This document shows, piece after piece, positions 9,835 through 21,680 of a stretch of 64,000 bases of DNA. The notes beneath the pieces are model-generated. The model did no database searches, was not told the DNA's origin, and was given only the letters and a program-made list of their open reading frames with translations. This stretch comes from an uncultured Acidobacteriota bacterium (GTDB lineage: Bacteria; Acidobacteriota; Vicinamibacteria; Vicinamibacterales; UBA2999), in assembly GCA_963772955.1 (NCBI GenBank), contig CAVYZF010000014.1, positions 41,490 to 105,489 of the forward strand, given 5' to 3'. The translations under genes and the position numbers were made by a program. Within the stretch, counting starts at the first letter, position 1, and each line of letters opens with the position of its first letter.

Positions 9835-11097
9835 ATGAGACCACTGCGCGTTGCCCTCCTCGGATTCGGCACCGTCGGTGCCTCAGTCGCGAGGATTCTC
9901 GTCGAGCGTCCGGAACTCGCCCATCGACTCCAGCTGACGCATGTCTTCAATCGTGGTGTGACGCGCAAACGAGCCGATTGGGTTCCTTCGTCAGTGGTCT
10001 GGACCGATAGCTTCGACGACGTGCTCAACGGGCGACCGGATGTCGTCGTGGAGGTTGTCGGCGGCGTAACGCCAGCGCACGAGTGGGTGAGCAAGGCGAT
10101 CGAGCACGGCGCATCAGTTGTGACAGCCAACAAGATGCTGCTTGCGGCTCACGGGCCGGAATTGCTGAAGGCCGCATCGCGCAAAGGAGTCCGGCTTCGT
10201 TTCGAGGCTGCAGTAGGCGGCGGTGTCCCGCTGATTCACGGAGTCAGAGAAGGGCTCGCGGGCGATTCACTGACTGGCGTGGCCGGCATTCTCAATGGCA
10301 CGTGCAACTACATCCTCAGCAGGATGGCTGCGACCGGGGAAGCGATGGATATCGTCCTCGCCGATGCGCAGCGGTTGGGATACGCGGAAGCCGATCCAAC
10401 TGCCGACGTCGATGGCTTCGACGCGGCGGCCAAACTCGTTGTGCTTGCCGGCATCGCATTTCACCGGCATCTCAGGATGCCGGAGGTGCCAAAGCGTTCG
10501 ATCCGTCCGCTCTCGAGCGCCGACTTCAGGTATGCCGCTCGATTGGGCTGCACGATTCGTCAGGTCTCTCGGGTTCAGGCGACTGAGGGCGGCTTCTATG
10601 GATCCGTCGGGCCGGCGCTCGTTCCGCAGGTGTCGAGCTTCGGACGGAATGAAGGCGCCAACAACGTCGTGTCGATCTACGGAAAGTACGGCGGCGAGAG
10701 TAGCTTCAGTGGCGCCGGTGCAGGTGGACCAGCTACCGCGGTCGCCGTCGTGTCTGACCTGTTGGCTCTGACGCAGGGAGGGAGACAAAGCGAGGCGGAG
10801 GAGTGGCAGCCCGCGAGCTTTGTGGCACCCCCTCCGCTCCCGTATTACCTCCGCTTCATCGTCAAGGACCGTCCAGGGATTCTGGCCGCCATCTCGACCG
10901 CCATGGCCAATTACGACGTCAACTTAGACGCGGTGCTGCAGGAACCCGGCTATCCCAAAGATCGGCTTCCGTTTGTCATCACAGTGGAGCCCTGCGAAGA
11001 GGCCGCCCTGAACGAGGCGCTGGGCGAACTGAACGACGCGGATTGGCACGCCGAACCACCCCTCGCGCTCCCCAGACTTCTGGGGCAGGATTCGTGA
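9835..11097 (+). CDS. hom: Homoserine dehydrogenase
   Basis: MRPLRVALLGFGTVGASVARIL Rossmann start, VVTANKMLLA, C-terminal ACT-like YYLRFIVKDRPGILAAISTAM. The ORF-track start 9784 lies in the repeat arm, so ATG 9835 is preferred. Confidence 0.9.
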   Translation: MRPLRVALLGFGTVGASVARILVERPELAHRLQLTHVFNRGVTRKRADWVPSSVVWTDSFDDVLNGRPDVVVEVVGGVTPAHEWVSKAIEHGASVVTANKMLLAAHGPELLKAASRKGVRLRFEAAVGGGVPLIHGVREGLAGDSLTGVAGILNGTCNYILSRMAATGEAMDIVLADAQRLGYAEADPTADVDGFDAAAKLVVLAGIAFHRHLRMPEVPKRSIRPLSSADFRYAARLGCTIRQVSRVQATEGGFYGSVGPALVPQVSSFGRNEGANNVVSIYGKYGGESSFSGAGAGGPATAVAVVSDLLALTQGGRQSEAEEWQPASFVAPPPLPYYLRFIVKDRPGILAAISTAMANYDVNLDAVLQEPGYPKDRLPFVITVEPCEEAALNEALGELNDADWHAEPPLALPRLLGQDS

Positions 11098-11199
11098 TAT
11101 CGTTTTTATTTCGTGTCACTTACACTGCTGCTCGCTTGTGTTGGAGGGCCTCGGGCACGATAGGCGGGCTAGGCCAGTCTGTCTCACGAAGGACGAGCG

Positions 11200-12183
11200 T
11201 TGCCACCATCACCGACACAAGCGAGTCTTCCGAGTAACGTAGAGACCATTCGCCCCGACGCCGCGGTGGGGGCCGAAATCGTGGTCCCGGGTTCGGTGGC
11301 GAACCTGGGTGGCGGCTTCGATACGCTTGGAGTTGCCGTCGAGTTGTACTTGCGGCTTCGCATCGTCGATGTCCGTGACGACGGCGGGTCCAGATTGACA
11401 GTGGCGCGAAGCGTGCCGGCGGTGTCCGGCGGGAACGCGGTCGAGCGCGCATTCGAATTAGTAGCCGAGCGCACCGGACGCCGGGCGCCCAGCGTCACCG
11501 TAGATGTCACCAGTGACATCCCGATGGCGGCAGGCCTTGGTAGCAGTGCCGCCGCAACGGTGGCCGCTCTTAGAGTGTTCGAGCGAGTGACCGGTCCGTT
11601 GGAGGATTCGGAACTGCTTGGCGCCGCGACGAAGGCCGAGGGGCATGCGGACAACGCCGCTCCCGCGCTTTTCGGCGGACTGAACTCGGTGATCGAAGTC
11701 GAGGGTGCATCTCCGTACTCGCTTCGATGGGCGTGGCCGCGGGATCTGAAGTTAGTGGTCGCGACGCCGGTCGTCGGCCTGGCCACGGCAAAGGCTCGTG
11801 CCGCGTTGCCACGCGAGGTGCCGCGCGCGGACGCCATTTTCAACATCCAACGAGTGCTGGCACTCGTACACGCGTTGCAGCAGGGCGACTACGACCGGCT
11901 GCGTGAGGCTGTGAAGGATCGCTTGCATCAGTCCGCACGGTCTTCGCTCGTGCCGCTGCTTTCGGAAGCGCTGGCGCTCGAGGATCCGGACGTGCTGGGC
12001 GCGTTTCTCTCCGGAGCCGGACCGTCTGTTGCGCTGCTCGCGAAAGCAGGCGACACGAAGGTCGCGACGCGATTGTCATCGATGTATGAGCGGGCCGGAG
12101 TGGAAGCGACAGTCCGGACGCTCAGTGTAGACGACCAGGGCTCGCGGGTTCTCGAGTCGGGAGCAGTGAGGAGATCAGTATGA
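11200..12183 (+). CDS. thrB: Homoserine kinase (GHMP kinase)
   Basis: VPGSVANLGGGFDTLGVAV and PMAAGLGSSAAATVAAL motifs. Start is TTG 11200 (AAGGA upstream) or GTG 11266. Confidence 0.85.
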   Translation: MPPSPTQASLPSNVETIRPDAAVGAEIVVPGSVANLGGGFDTLGVAVELYLRLRIVDVRDDGGSRLTVARSVPAVSGGNAVERAFELVAERTGRRAPSVTVDVTSDIPMAAGLGSSAAATVAALRVFERVTGPLEDSELLGAATKAEGHADNAAPALFGGLNSVIEVEGASPYSLRWAWPRDLKLVVATPVVGLATAKARAALPREVPRADAIFNIQRVLALVHALQQGDYDRLREAVKDRLHQSARSSLVPLLSEALALEDPDVLGAFLSGAGPSVALLAKAGDTKVATRLSSMYERAGVEATVRTLSVDDQGSRVLESGAVRRSV

Positions 12184-13418
12184 AGTTCGTGGCCGGGTTG
12201 ACCTGTCACCTCTGTGGTGCAACGTACCCGCCGAAGGCCAGTTGGGTGTGCAGCGAGTGCCTCGGTCCCCTCGAAGTCACGTACGACTACGACGCGGTGC
12301 GCAAGGTCATCAGCCGTGAGCTCATTGAGTCACGACCCCGTTCGCTCTGGCGTTACCTCGAGCTGTTGCCGGTCAAGGAACCGCTTACTGGCTTCCATTC
12401 CGGGTTCACCCCGCTCGTACGTGCGACGCGTCTGGCAGAAGCGCTCGGCCTCACTGAGCTCTACATCAAAGACGACTCGGTGAATCATCCGACGTTCTCG
12501 TACAAGGATCGCGTGGTATCGGTCGCCGCGACGAAGGCCGTGGAGCTGGGTTTCTCTGTCTTTGGCTGCGCGTCCACCGGAAACCTTGCAGGAAGTGTCG
12601 CCGCGCACGCCGCACGACTCGGCCTCGAGTGTTACGTGTTCATCCCGCACGATCTCGAGCCGGCAAAGATTCTCGGTGCAGCCATCTATCGGCCGCACGT
12701 CATCGCCGTCGAAGGCAATTACGACGATGTGAATCGACTGTGCACCCAGGTGGCAGATCGATACGGTTGGGGATTCGCGAACATCAATCTCCGGAGCTAC
12801 TACGCTGAAGGCGCGAAGTCGATGGGCTTCGAGATCGCTGAGCAGCTTGGCTGGCGCTTTCCCGATCACGTCGTGTCGCCGGTTGCGGGAGGCACGCTGC
12901 TCCCGCGCATCTACAAAGGCATGCGCGAGTTCAAGGAAGTCGGTCTCGTGGACGGGCGTTTGCCTCGTATTCACGCCGCGCAGCCGGCAGGGTCCGCTCC
13001 CGTGATTCGCGCGCTCGAGGCTGGACTCGAGTTCCCCGATCCGGTGAAGCCCGACACCATTGCGAAGTCGCTCGCGATCGGCAATCCGGCCGACGGTTTC
13101 CAGGTCGTCAAGGTCGTCAAGGAGACCGGCGGGAGCGGTGCGATGGTTACCGACGCCGAGATTCTCGACGCCATCGATCTGCTGGCGCGAACGGAAGGAA
13201 TCTTCACCGAGCCAGCCGGCGGTACGACGCTGGCGGCCACGCGTGCGCTCGTGCGCCGCGGTGTCATCAAACCGAATGAGTCCGTTGTCGTGTGCATCAC
13301 CGGCAACGGCTACAAGACTGCCGAGGTCATGGCCGATCGCGTCGAGCGTCCGATGAGGATCGGTCGCGCGTTGTCCGACTTCGAGCGCGTCGTCGCCCCG
13401 CAGGGGATAACAGCGTAA
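12180..13418 (+). CDS. thrC: Threonine synthase with N-terminal zinc ribbon
   Basis: CHLCGATYPPKASWVCSEC; PLP-lysine region HPTFSYKDRVVS; ATGA overlap with thrB. Confidence 0.9.
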   Translation: MKFVAGLTCHLCGATYPPKASWVCSECLGPLEVTYDYDAVRKVISRELIESRPRSLWRYLELLPVKEPLTGFHSGFTPLVRATRLAEALGLTELYIKDDSVNHPTFSYKDRVVSVAATKAVELGFSVFGCASTGNLAGSVAAHAARLGLECYVFIPHDLEPAKILGAAIYRPHVIAVEGNYDDVNRLCTQVADRYGWGFANINLRSYYAEGAKSMGFEIAEQLGWRFPDHVVSPVAGGTLLPRIYKGMREFKEVGLVDGRLPRIHAAQPAGSAPVIRALEAGLEFPDPVKPDTIAKSLAIGNPADGFQVVKVVKETGGSGAMVTDAEILDAIDLLARTEGIFTEPAGGTTLAATRALVRRGVIKPNESVVVCITGNGYKTAEVMADRVERPMRIGRALSDFERVVAPQGITA

Positions 13419-13428
13419 GAACCGGGGT

Positions 13429-13992
13429 ATGTATCCAGTCTTCTTGAAGCTGACTGGTCGGCGAGTTCTTCTCGTAGGCGGCGGACAGGTTGCCGCATCG
13501 AAACTCGCAGGACTTCTGGCTGACGGTGCTCATGTGACCGTCGTGGCGCCGGAAGTGCGACCGGAACTTCATAAGCCCGGCGTGACGATCGCGAAGCGAT
13601 CGTTCGATCCTGCGGATCTCGACGGTGTCTGGTACGTGGTTGCGGCGGCACCGCCGGAGATCAACAGGCAGGTGCTCGATGCCGCGGAGCACAGGCACGT
13701 GTTCGTGAACGCCGTTGACGACCCTGCGCATGCGAGCGCGTATGCCGGCAGCGTCGTGCGTCGAGCGGGCGTCACGATCGCGTTTTCGACCGATGGTCGT
13801 GCGCCTGCACTGGCAGGCTTGCTGCGTGAAGCACTCGACGCGTGGCTGCCAGCCGATCTCGATGCGTGGATGGCGGCTTCCGACGCGGCGCGTCGCGAGT
13901 GGAAGCGACGTCGTGTGCCGATGGAAGAGCGGCGACCCATGTTGCTCGAGACGCTCAACCGACTGTACGAGGAGAAGTCATCGTGCCAGTAG
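13429..13992 (+). CDS. Precorrin-2 dehydrogenase / sirohydrochlorin ferrochelatase (CysG N-domain / SirC-like)
   Basis: MYPVFLKLTGRRVLLVGGGQVAASKLAGLL NAD-binding start, typical of the siroheme synthase N-domain. Confidence 0.75.
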   Translation: MYPVFLKLTGRRVLLVGGGQVAASKLAGLLADGAHVTVVAPEVRPELHKPGVTIAKRSFDPADLDGVWYVVAAAPPEINRQVLDAAEHRHVFVNAVDDPAHASAYAGSVVRRAGVTIAFSTDGRAPALAGLLREALDAWLPADLDAWMAASDAARREWKRRRVPMEERRPMLLETLNRLYEEKSSCQ

Positions 13993-14753
13993 GTCGAGTT
14001 TCGCTTGTGGGTGCCGGTCCTGGTGATTGGGAGTTGTGGACGGTTCGCGCGCTTCGGCGTGTGGAAGAGGCCGACCTCGTGCTCTATGACGCGCTCGTCG
14101 ATGCGGCAGCGCTGCGTCGTCTCACGCGCGCGCAGTGCTTCTGTGTCGGCAAGCGAGCGGGACGCGCGAGCGTCAAGCAGGACACGATCAATCGATTGAT
14201 GGTCCGAGCGGCGCGCCAGGGCAAGCGTGTCGTGCGCCTCAAAGGCGGAGACCCCTTTGTCTTCGGCCGGGGCGCGGAAGAGATGCTCGTGCTTGCGCGA
14301 GCGGGAATCCCGGTCGAGGTCGTTCCTGGTGTGACCACCGCGGTGGCGGCACCCGAGGCCGCGGGGATTCCTGTGACGCATCGAAGCATGGCGTCAGGAT
14401 TTCTCGTCCTCACCGGCCAGACGGGTGAGGGATTGAACAGTGCGCTTGCTGCGGTGCGTCCGGCGAGCGTCACGGTTGTCGTGATGATGGGCTTGGGCGG
14501 CCGCGACGACATTGCGCGCGAGTTCATCGCACATGGATGGTCGCCGGACACGCGGGCCGCCATCGTGTGTGGAGCATCGACGCGCGAAGAATGGGTCTGG
14601 ACAGGACGGCTTTCCGACATCGGATCACCTGAACCCCCTGATGGGGTACCCGGCGTCCTAGTGGTCGGTGAAGTCGTGTCGATCGGGGAAGCAATGGCTG
14701 CGGCGAACGAAAGCCCCGCGGCAGCCGACGAGGTGAGTTATGGCCGTAGTTGA
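13983..14753 (+). CDS. cobA: Uroporphyrinogen-III C-methyltransferase
   Basis: VSLVGAGPGDWELWTVRALRRVEEADLVLYDALV and GGDPFVFGRGAEE. GTG 13983 overlaps the upstream stop. The ORF-track start 13842 is probably too long. Confidence 0.85.
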   Translation: MPVGRVSLVGAGPGDWELWTVRALRRVEEADLVLYDALVDAAALRRLTRAQCFCVGKRAGRASVKQDTINRLMVRAARQGKRVVRLKGGDPFVFGRGAEEMLVLARAGIPVEVVPGVTTAVAAPEAAGIPVTHRSMASGFLVLTGQTGEGLNSALAAVRPASVTVVVMMGLGGRDDIAREFIAHGWSPDTRAAIVCGASTREEWVWTGRLSDIGSPEPPDGVPGVLVVGEVVSIGEAMAAANESPAAADEVSYGRS

Positions 14754-16569
14754 CGACTCGAGAACCCTGGGCCGCGCGCGCCTGGACTTTGCGGACGAGC
14801 ACGATATCGACGAGTTCGTCGAGGTGTTGGGCAAGTACGAACGGGGTGAGATCACTCCCGAAGCGTGGCGTCGTTTCAGGCTCGTCCGCGGCACGTACGG
14901 GCAGCGTCAGGACAACGTCCAGATGATGCGCATCAAGATCCCGCAGGGCATCGTCACGGCGTCGCAGATGCGGGCCATGGCGGGTGTCGCGTCGCGGTAT
15001 TCACGCGGTTTCTGTCACGTCACCACCCGGCAGAACATCCAGTACCACTTCGTGCTGCTCAGCGTCGTCGAAGAAGTGATGCGCGAGCTCGCGAATGAGG
15101 GATTGACGACGCGCGAGGCGTGCGGCAACTCGGTGCGGAACATCACGGGATGCCCGTACGCCGGAACATCCGAGAGCGAGATCTTCGACGTGACGCCATA
15201 CGCAGAGGCGATGACGCGCTACTTCCTGCGTCACCCGCTCTCGGGTGTCCTGCCGCGGAAGTTCAAGATCGCGTTCGAAGGATGCACGGAGGATCACGCG
15301 CTCGCGTCGATTCACGACATCGGCTGGCGCGCGCGCATCGTCGATGGCAAGAAAGGGTTTCGCGTCACAGTCGCTGGTGGCACGTCGATTCTGCCGGTCT
15401 CGGGGTACGTGTTGTACGACTTCCTTCCCGTCGAGGAGATGTTCAACGTCGCAGAGGCGGTTATTCGTGTGTTCCACCGTTTCGGTGACTACAAGCATCC
15501 GCAGCGGAATCGAATGAAGTTCGTTGTCAAGGCGCTGACCTGGGACGGGTATCGCGCGCGTTTCGAGGAGTGCCTCGACGAGTTCAAGAAGGACGGAGGC
15601 GCGCGTCTCCCGTTCGATCCTGCGACCACGCGACCCGAGACTGCGCCCGACTGGGCACCTGCTGAAGCGCCGACACTCCAGGCCGTTGCCGCGACTGCAA
15701 GCACACCGGTGAACGGCCCGGGCATCATGCCGGGTACTGTTCGTCTGCAGCCGCTGCCGGACGCGTTCGTCCGCTGGATGCGCAGCAACGTGAGCAAGCA
15801 GCGGCAGCCCGGTCACTACCACGTGACCGTTCGCCTGCCGCTGGGCGACTTCACGTCGGGCCAGATGCGCGTGCTCGCGGATCTGTCAGAAGCGTACGGT
15901 GATGGTTCCATGCGTCTCACCGTCGAGCAGAACGTGCTCTTCCGCTGGGTGACGCGCGAATCGATCGAGCCGTTCTATCAACGTCTCGCCGCGGCAGGAC
16001 TGGCGGCTCCAGACGCCAATACGCTCAGCGATGTCGTCAGCTGTCCCGGTGCGGAAAGCTGCCGGCTTGCCGTCACGCAGTCGCGCGGGCTCGGGCGGGC
16101 GTTGACCGAACATCTGAGCGCGCGTCCCGAACTGGTCGACCTCGTGCCGTCAGGGAACATCAAGATCAGCGGATGCCCGAACGGATGCGGACAGCATCAC
16201 ATCGCATCGATCGGATTCCAGGGCAGCGTGCGCAAGCTCGGACCGCGTGCCGTGCCACAGTACTTCGTGCTGGTCGGCGGAGGGTGTGCGGATGAAGGCA
16301 CCGCGCACTTCGGCAAGGTGGTGTCGAAAGTGCCGGTCCATCGCTTGACCGACGCGCTCGATCGCCTGCTCGGCCTCTATCGCGATCATCGCCAGGGCGA
16401 TGAAGAGTTGGGCGCGTTCTTCCGCCGCGTGCCGCCGTCGATGGCGACCGACGCGCTCAAGGATCTGGCGATTTTGCTTCCCAACGAAGCGACTGATCAG
16501 GACTTCATCGACCTCGCCGAGACACGGGCATTCACGCCCGAGGTCATGGACGGGGAGTGCTCCGCTTAG
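14740..16569 (+). CDS. Ferredoxin-type sulfite/nitrite reductase (siroheme-[4Fe-4S])
   Basis: 609 aa with cluster cysteines SCPGAESCRLAV and ISGCPNGCGQHH. Sits next to the siroheme synthesis genes. Confidence 0.85.
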   Translation: MAVVDDSRTLGRARLDFADEHDIDEFVEVLGKYERGEITPEAWRRFRLVRGTYGQRQDNVQMMRIKIPQGIVTASQMRAMAGVASRYSRGFCHVTTRQNIQYHFVLLSVVEEVMRELANEGLTTREACGNSVRNITGCPYAGTSESEIFDVTPYAEAMTRYFLRHPLSGVLPRKFKIAFEGCTEDHALASIHDIGWRARIVDGKKGFRVTVAGGTSILPVSGYVLYDFLPVEEMFNVAEAVIRVFHRFGDYKHPQRNRMKFVVKALTWDGYRARFEECLDEFKKDGGARLPFDPATTRPETAPDWAPAEAPTLQAVAATASTPVNGPGIMPGTVRLQPLPDAFVRWMRSNVSKQRQPGHYHVTVRLPLGDFTSGQMRVLADLSEAYGDGSMRLTVEQNVLFRWVTRESIEPFYQRLAAAGLAAPDANTLSDVVSCPGAESCRLAVTQSRGLGRALTEHLSARPELVDLVPSGNIKISGCPNGCGQHHIASIGFQGSVRKLGPRAVPQYFVLVGGGCADEGTAHFGKVVSKVPVHRLTDALDRLLGLYRDHRQGDEELGAFFRRVPPSMATDALKDLAILLPNEATDQDFIDLAETRAFTPEVMDGECSA

Positions 16570-16684
16570 GTGGCTGGGTCGCTGGGTAGCTGGGTAGCTG
16601 GGTAGCTGGGTAGCTGGGTTGCTGGGTTGCTGGGTTGCTAGGGAGAGCCCCAGCCACCGAGCTACCTAGACAACCTAGAGCCAC

Positions 16685-16686
<2 letters not shown>
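16568..16686. repeat. Octamer array GCTGGGTN x9 plus a degenerate complementary arm between convergent genes
   Basis: 16573-16644 reads gctgggtc gctgggta x4 gctgggtt x3 gctaggga. Right arm is ccccagccaccgagctacctagacaacctagagccacct. The outer ends aggtggct and agccacct pair exactly. Confidence 0.8.
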
Positions 16687-19024
<2,338 letters not shown>

Positions 19025-19033
19025 GACGCTCCA

Positions 19034-20272
19034 TTATGCAAGCTGTTCGAGCAGATCGCAGGTTTCTTCGATCGCATTACGGGATCGAATCCGATCCGCC
19101 CACTGCCGGCAGTTCGCGGCCGTTCGACCATCGTCGAGCAGACTGTGCAGGGCGCCCGCTACACGGTCGCCATCGAATTTCGACGGGACGACCCACCTGC
19201 CCACGCCGAGTCTTTCGAGCCGCGTGGCGTTGTCCGGCTGATCGAATCCCATCGGCATCGTCAATTGTGGAACGCCAGCGGCCAGTCCCTGTGCCAGAGT
19301 GCCGATACCGCCATGGCTGACAAGAGCAGCACAACGAGGGAGCACGTCCGACAGCGGCACGAACGGCTCATGGTGAGCGGTCGGCGGAAGCTTCGGAAGG
19401 TGCCCGGTGTAACGCGTCAATAACAGTGCTCGCCGTCCGAGGCTCTCAGTTGCATCGATTGCGGCGCTGAAGAACCGAGACGCTGCCTGATTCGCGCTGC
19501 CGGGCGTGAACAGCACTGGCGGCGGTCCACCGTCGAGGAAACGCCGCAACGTCGGAGCGAGTTCCGTCGGGCCGTGGTCGTCGAACAGCGGGAATCCGGT
19601 CAGGCGCAACGAGGGCGGCCAGTCCGGCTGCGGGACGCCAAACCAGTCCGGGAAGAGACCGATGACTCGTTGTGGTGAGTGAATCCAGTCGCGAAACACA
19701 CGCGTCACCGGTGGCAGCCCAAGTTGTCGTCTCCATTCGTTCAGCCCCGGGGTGACGTTGGGGTCGAGCATGAAGCGATCGAGGGACCACCAGATGCCTC
19801 GCTTGAGCCACCGCGGCCAGGTCGACCCGTCAACGCCCGGCGCATACGCGGGTTGCGCGTAATCGGACCGGAAGATCGACGGCGCAAGATGAATCGTTGC
19901 TGCCGGAACTCGATACACCTCTTCGAATACGCGCGTGAAGAAGCTGAGCGAGTGACCGACGAAGACTGTGCGGCCCGGCTCGTGGAGGCCCTTCAGGCGC
20001 TCGAACGCCGGCGCCAGTCGCGACACGACTGAGTCGAGCACGAGTTGTAGCCCTCGCCTCGGGTGCCAGATGTCCGGGTGCCTCGAGACCTCGTCGTACT
20101 CGTCGACCGACACACTCTCTTCGAAGATCAAGCCGGCCTTGCGAACCATGTCGCCGAACGGTCCGGCCGTGAGGACGATGACGTCGTGGCCGCGCGCTTT
20201 GAGCGCCCGGCCGATACCGACGAATGGGTGAACGTCGCCGCTCGAGCCGACGGGGGTCATGACGAAACGCAT
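19034..20272 (-). CDS. GT-B glycosyltransferase (GT1/MGT-like)
   Basis: From ATG 20270-20272: MRFVMTPVGSSGDVHPFVGIGRALKARGHDV. C-terminal HGGIGTLAQGLAAGVPQLTMPMGFDQPDNA. The longer ORF-track N-terminus has no homology logic. Confidence 0.75.
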   Translation of the reverse strand: MRFVMTPVGSSGDVHPFVGIGRALKARGHDVIVLTAGPFGDMVRKAGLIFEESVSVDEYDEVSRHPDIWHPRRGLQLVLDSVVSRLAPAFERLKGLHEPGRTVFVGHSLSFFTRVFEEVYRVPAATIHLAPSIFRSDYAQPAYAPGVDGSTWPRWLKRGIWWSLDRFMLDPNVTPGLNEWRRQLGLPPVTRVFRDWIHSPQRVIGLFPDWFGVPQPDWPPSLRLTGFPLFDDHGPTELAPTLRRFLDGGPPPVLFTPGSANQAASRFFSAAIDATESLGRRALLLTRYTGHLPKLPPTAHHEPFVPLSDVLPRCAALVSHGGIGTLAQGLAAGVPQLTMPMGFDQPDNATRLERLGVGRWVVPSKFDGDRVAGALHSLLDDGRTAANCRQWADRIRSRNAIEETCDLLEQLA

Positions 20273-20290
20273 CGGTGTAAAGTGAATCAC

Positions 20291-20665
20291 ATGACGCAAC
20301 TCAGCACGATCGGGCAGATTGCTACAGCGGTGAAGGATCTGAATCGCGCTGTCGCCTTCTACCGGGACACGCTCGGAATGCGCTTCCTCTTCCAGGTGCC
20401 GCCAGGGCTGGCTTTCTTCGACTGCGACGGCGTCCGTCTGATGATCGAGGTGCCGCCAGACAAGGAATTCGATCATCCAGGGTCGATTCTCTATTTCAAG
20501 GTTGCAGACATCGACTCGGCATACGCGGACTTGAAGGCTCGCGGCGTCGATTTCGGCGACGAGCCGCACCTCATCGCGAAGATGCCCGATCATGAGCTCT
20601 GGATGGCGTTCTTTCGAGACGGAGAAGGGAACACGCTCGCCCTGATGCATGAAAAGCGGGGATAA
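20291..20665 (+). CDS. VOC (glyoxalase/bleomycin-resistance/dioxygenase) family protein
   Basis: 124 aa from ATG 20291: MTQLSTIGQIATAVKDLNRAVAFYRDTLGM. Confidence 0.8.
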   Translation: MTQLSTIGQIATAVKDLNRAVAFYRDTLGMRFLFQVPPGLAFFDCDGVRLMIEVPPDKEFDHPGSILYFKVADIDSAYADLKARGVDFGDEPHLIAKMPDHELWMAFFRDGEGNTLALMHEKRG

Positions 20666-20672
20666 TTCCTAG

Positions 20673-21680
20673 GTGACGCGATTCGAAGCCTTGGACCCGG
20701 AGATCCGCGGGGTCCTTGGCAAGAAGGTCAGCGAGCTCGGGTTACGCGTCGAGGGATCCCCGGTCGAAGGTTACGTTCGGCAGTTATACAAGGAGCTCGA
20801 TCGACGAGGGCTGAAGAAGTTTCGCCCGGTCTGCTACCTGACCGACGAGTGGGGATGCCCCGATCAGCAGCCGGTGCTCGGCATCCCGTTCTACCTGGCC
20901 GATTCGAAGCTGCGGACGATCGAGAAGGCGGCTGATGCGCTCGAGACCGATCGCCAGATCATGATGTACATGCGCCACGAGGCGGGGCACGTCTTCAACT
21001 ACGCCTACCGCCTGTATACGACACCTCAGTGGCGCGACTTGTTTGGTCCCTTCTTCCGTTCCTACCGCGAGGAGTACCGTCCCATCCCGTTCAGCAAACA
21101 TTTCGTGCGTCACATTGAGGGGTGGTACGCGCAGAAGCATCCCGACGAGGACTTTGCCGAGACGTTTGCTGTCTGGCTGACGCCCAGGAGTCCGTGGCGC
21201 CGGCAGTACAAGGGATGGCCGGCGCTGCGCAAGCTGCGGTATGTGGAACGGACGGCCAAGGCGCTTGCCGATGCGGAGCCGATCGTCAAGACGGGGGAGG
21301 TCGATATCACGCCGGACGACATCAGCGTGACCGTCGAGCAGTTCTACGAGCAGGCGGCCCAGGAGCAGCAGGCACGCATCGATATAGCCCTCGATGCCCA
21401 CCTCGGGCAGATCTTCCTGGCCCGCCGGCGCAAGGAATCGCGTCCTGCGGCCGATATTGTGAGTAAGCACCGGCCGGAATTGGTTGAGAAGATCACGTAC
21501 TGGACGGGCGTTCGGCGGCCAATCGTCAGCGGATTGATCGATTCCATCTGCGCGACCTGCACGCGGATGAAACTCTGGGGAGAGGTAGGGGAGGAAGCCC
21601 GCTACCTCGTTGAAGTGACCGCACTGGCCACGACGCTGGCGATGAATTTCCTGACGCGAGGGCAGTTCGAGCAGCGATGA
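20673..21680 (+). CDS. Putative zinc metallopeptidase (HExxH)
   Basis: MRHEAGHVFNY (HExxH) and DEDFAETFAVW. Resembles the 'putative zinc-binding metallopeptidase' family from memory. GTG start 20673. Confidence 0.6.
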   Translation: MTRFEALDPEIRGVLGKKVSELGLRVEGSPVEGYVRQLYKELDRRGLKKFRPVCYLTDEWGCPDQQPVLGIPFYLADSKLRTIEKAADALETDRQIMMYMRHEAGHVFNYAYRLYTTPQWRDLFGPFFRSYREEYRPIPFSKHFVRHIEGWYAQKHPDEDFAETFAVWLTPRSPWRRQYKGWPALRKLRYVERTAKALADAEPIVKTGEVDITPDDISVTVEQFYEQAAQEQQARIDIALDAHLGQIFLARRRKESRPAADIVSKHRPELVEKITYWTGVRRPIVSGLIDSICATCTRMKLWGEVGEEARYLVEVTALATTLAMNFLTRGQFEQR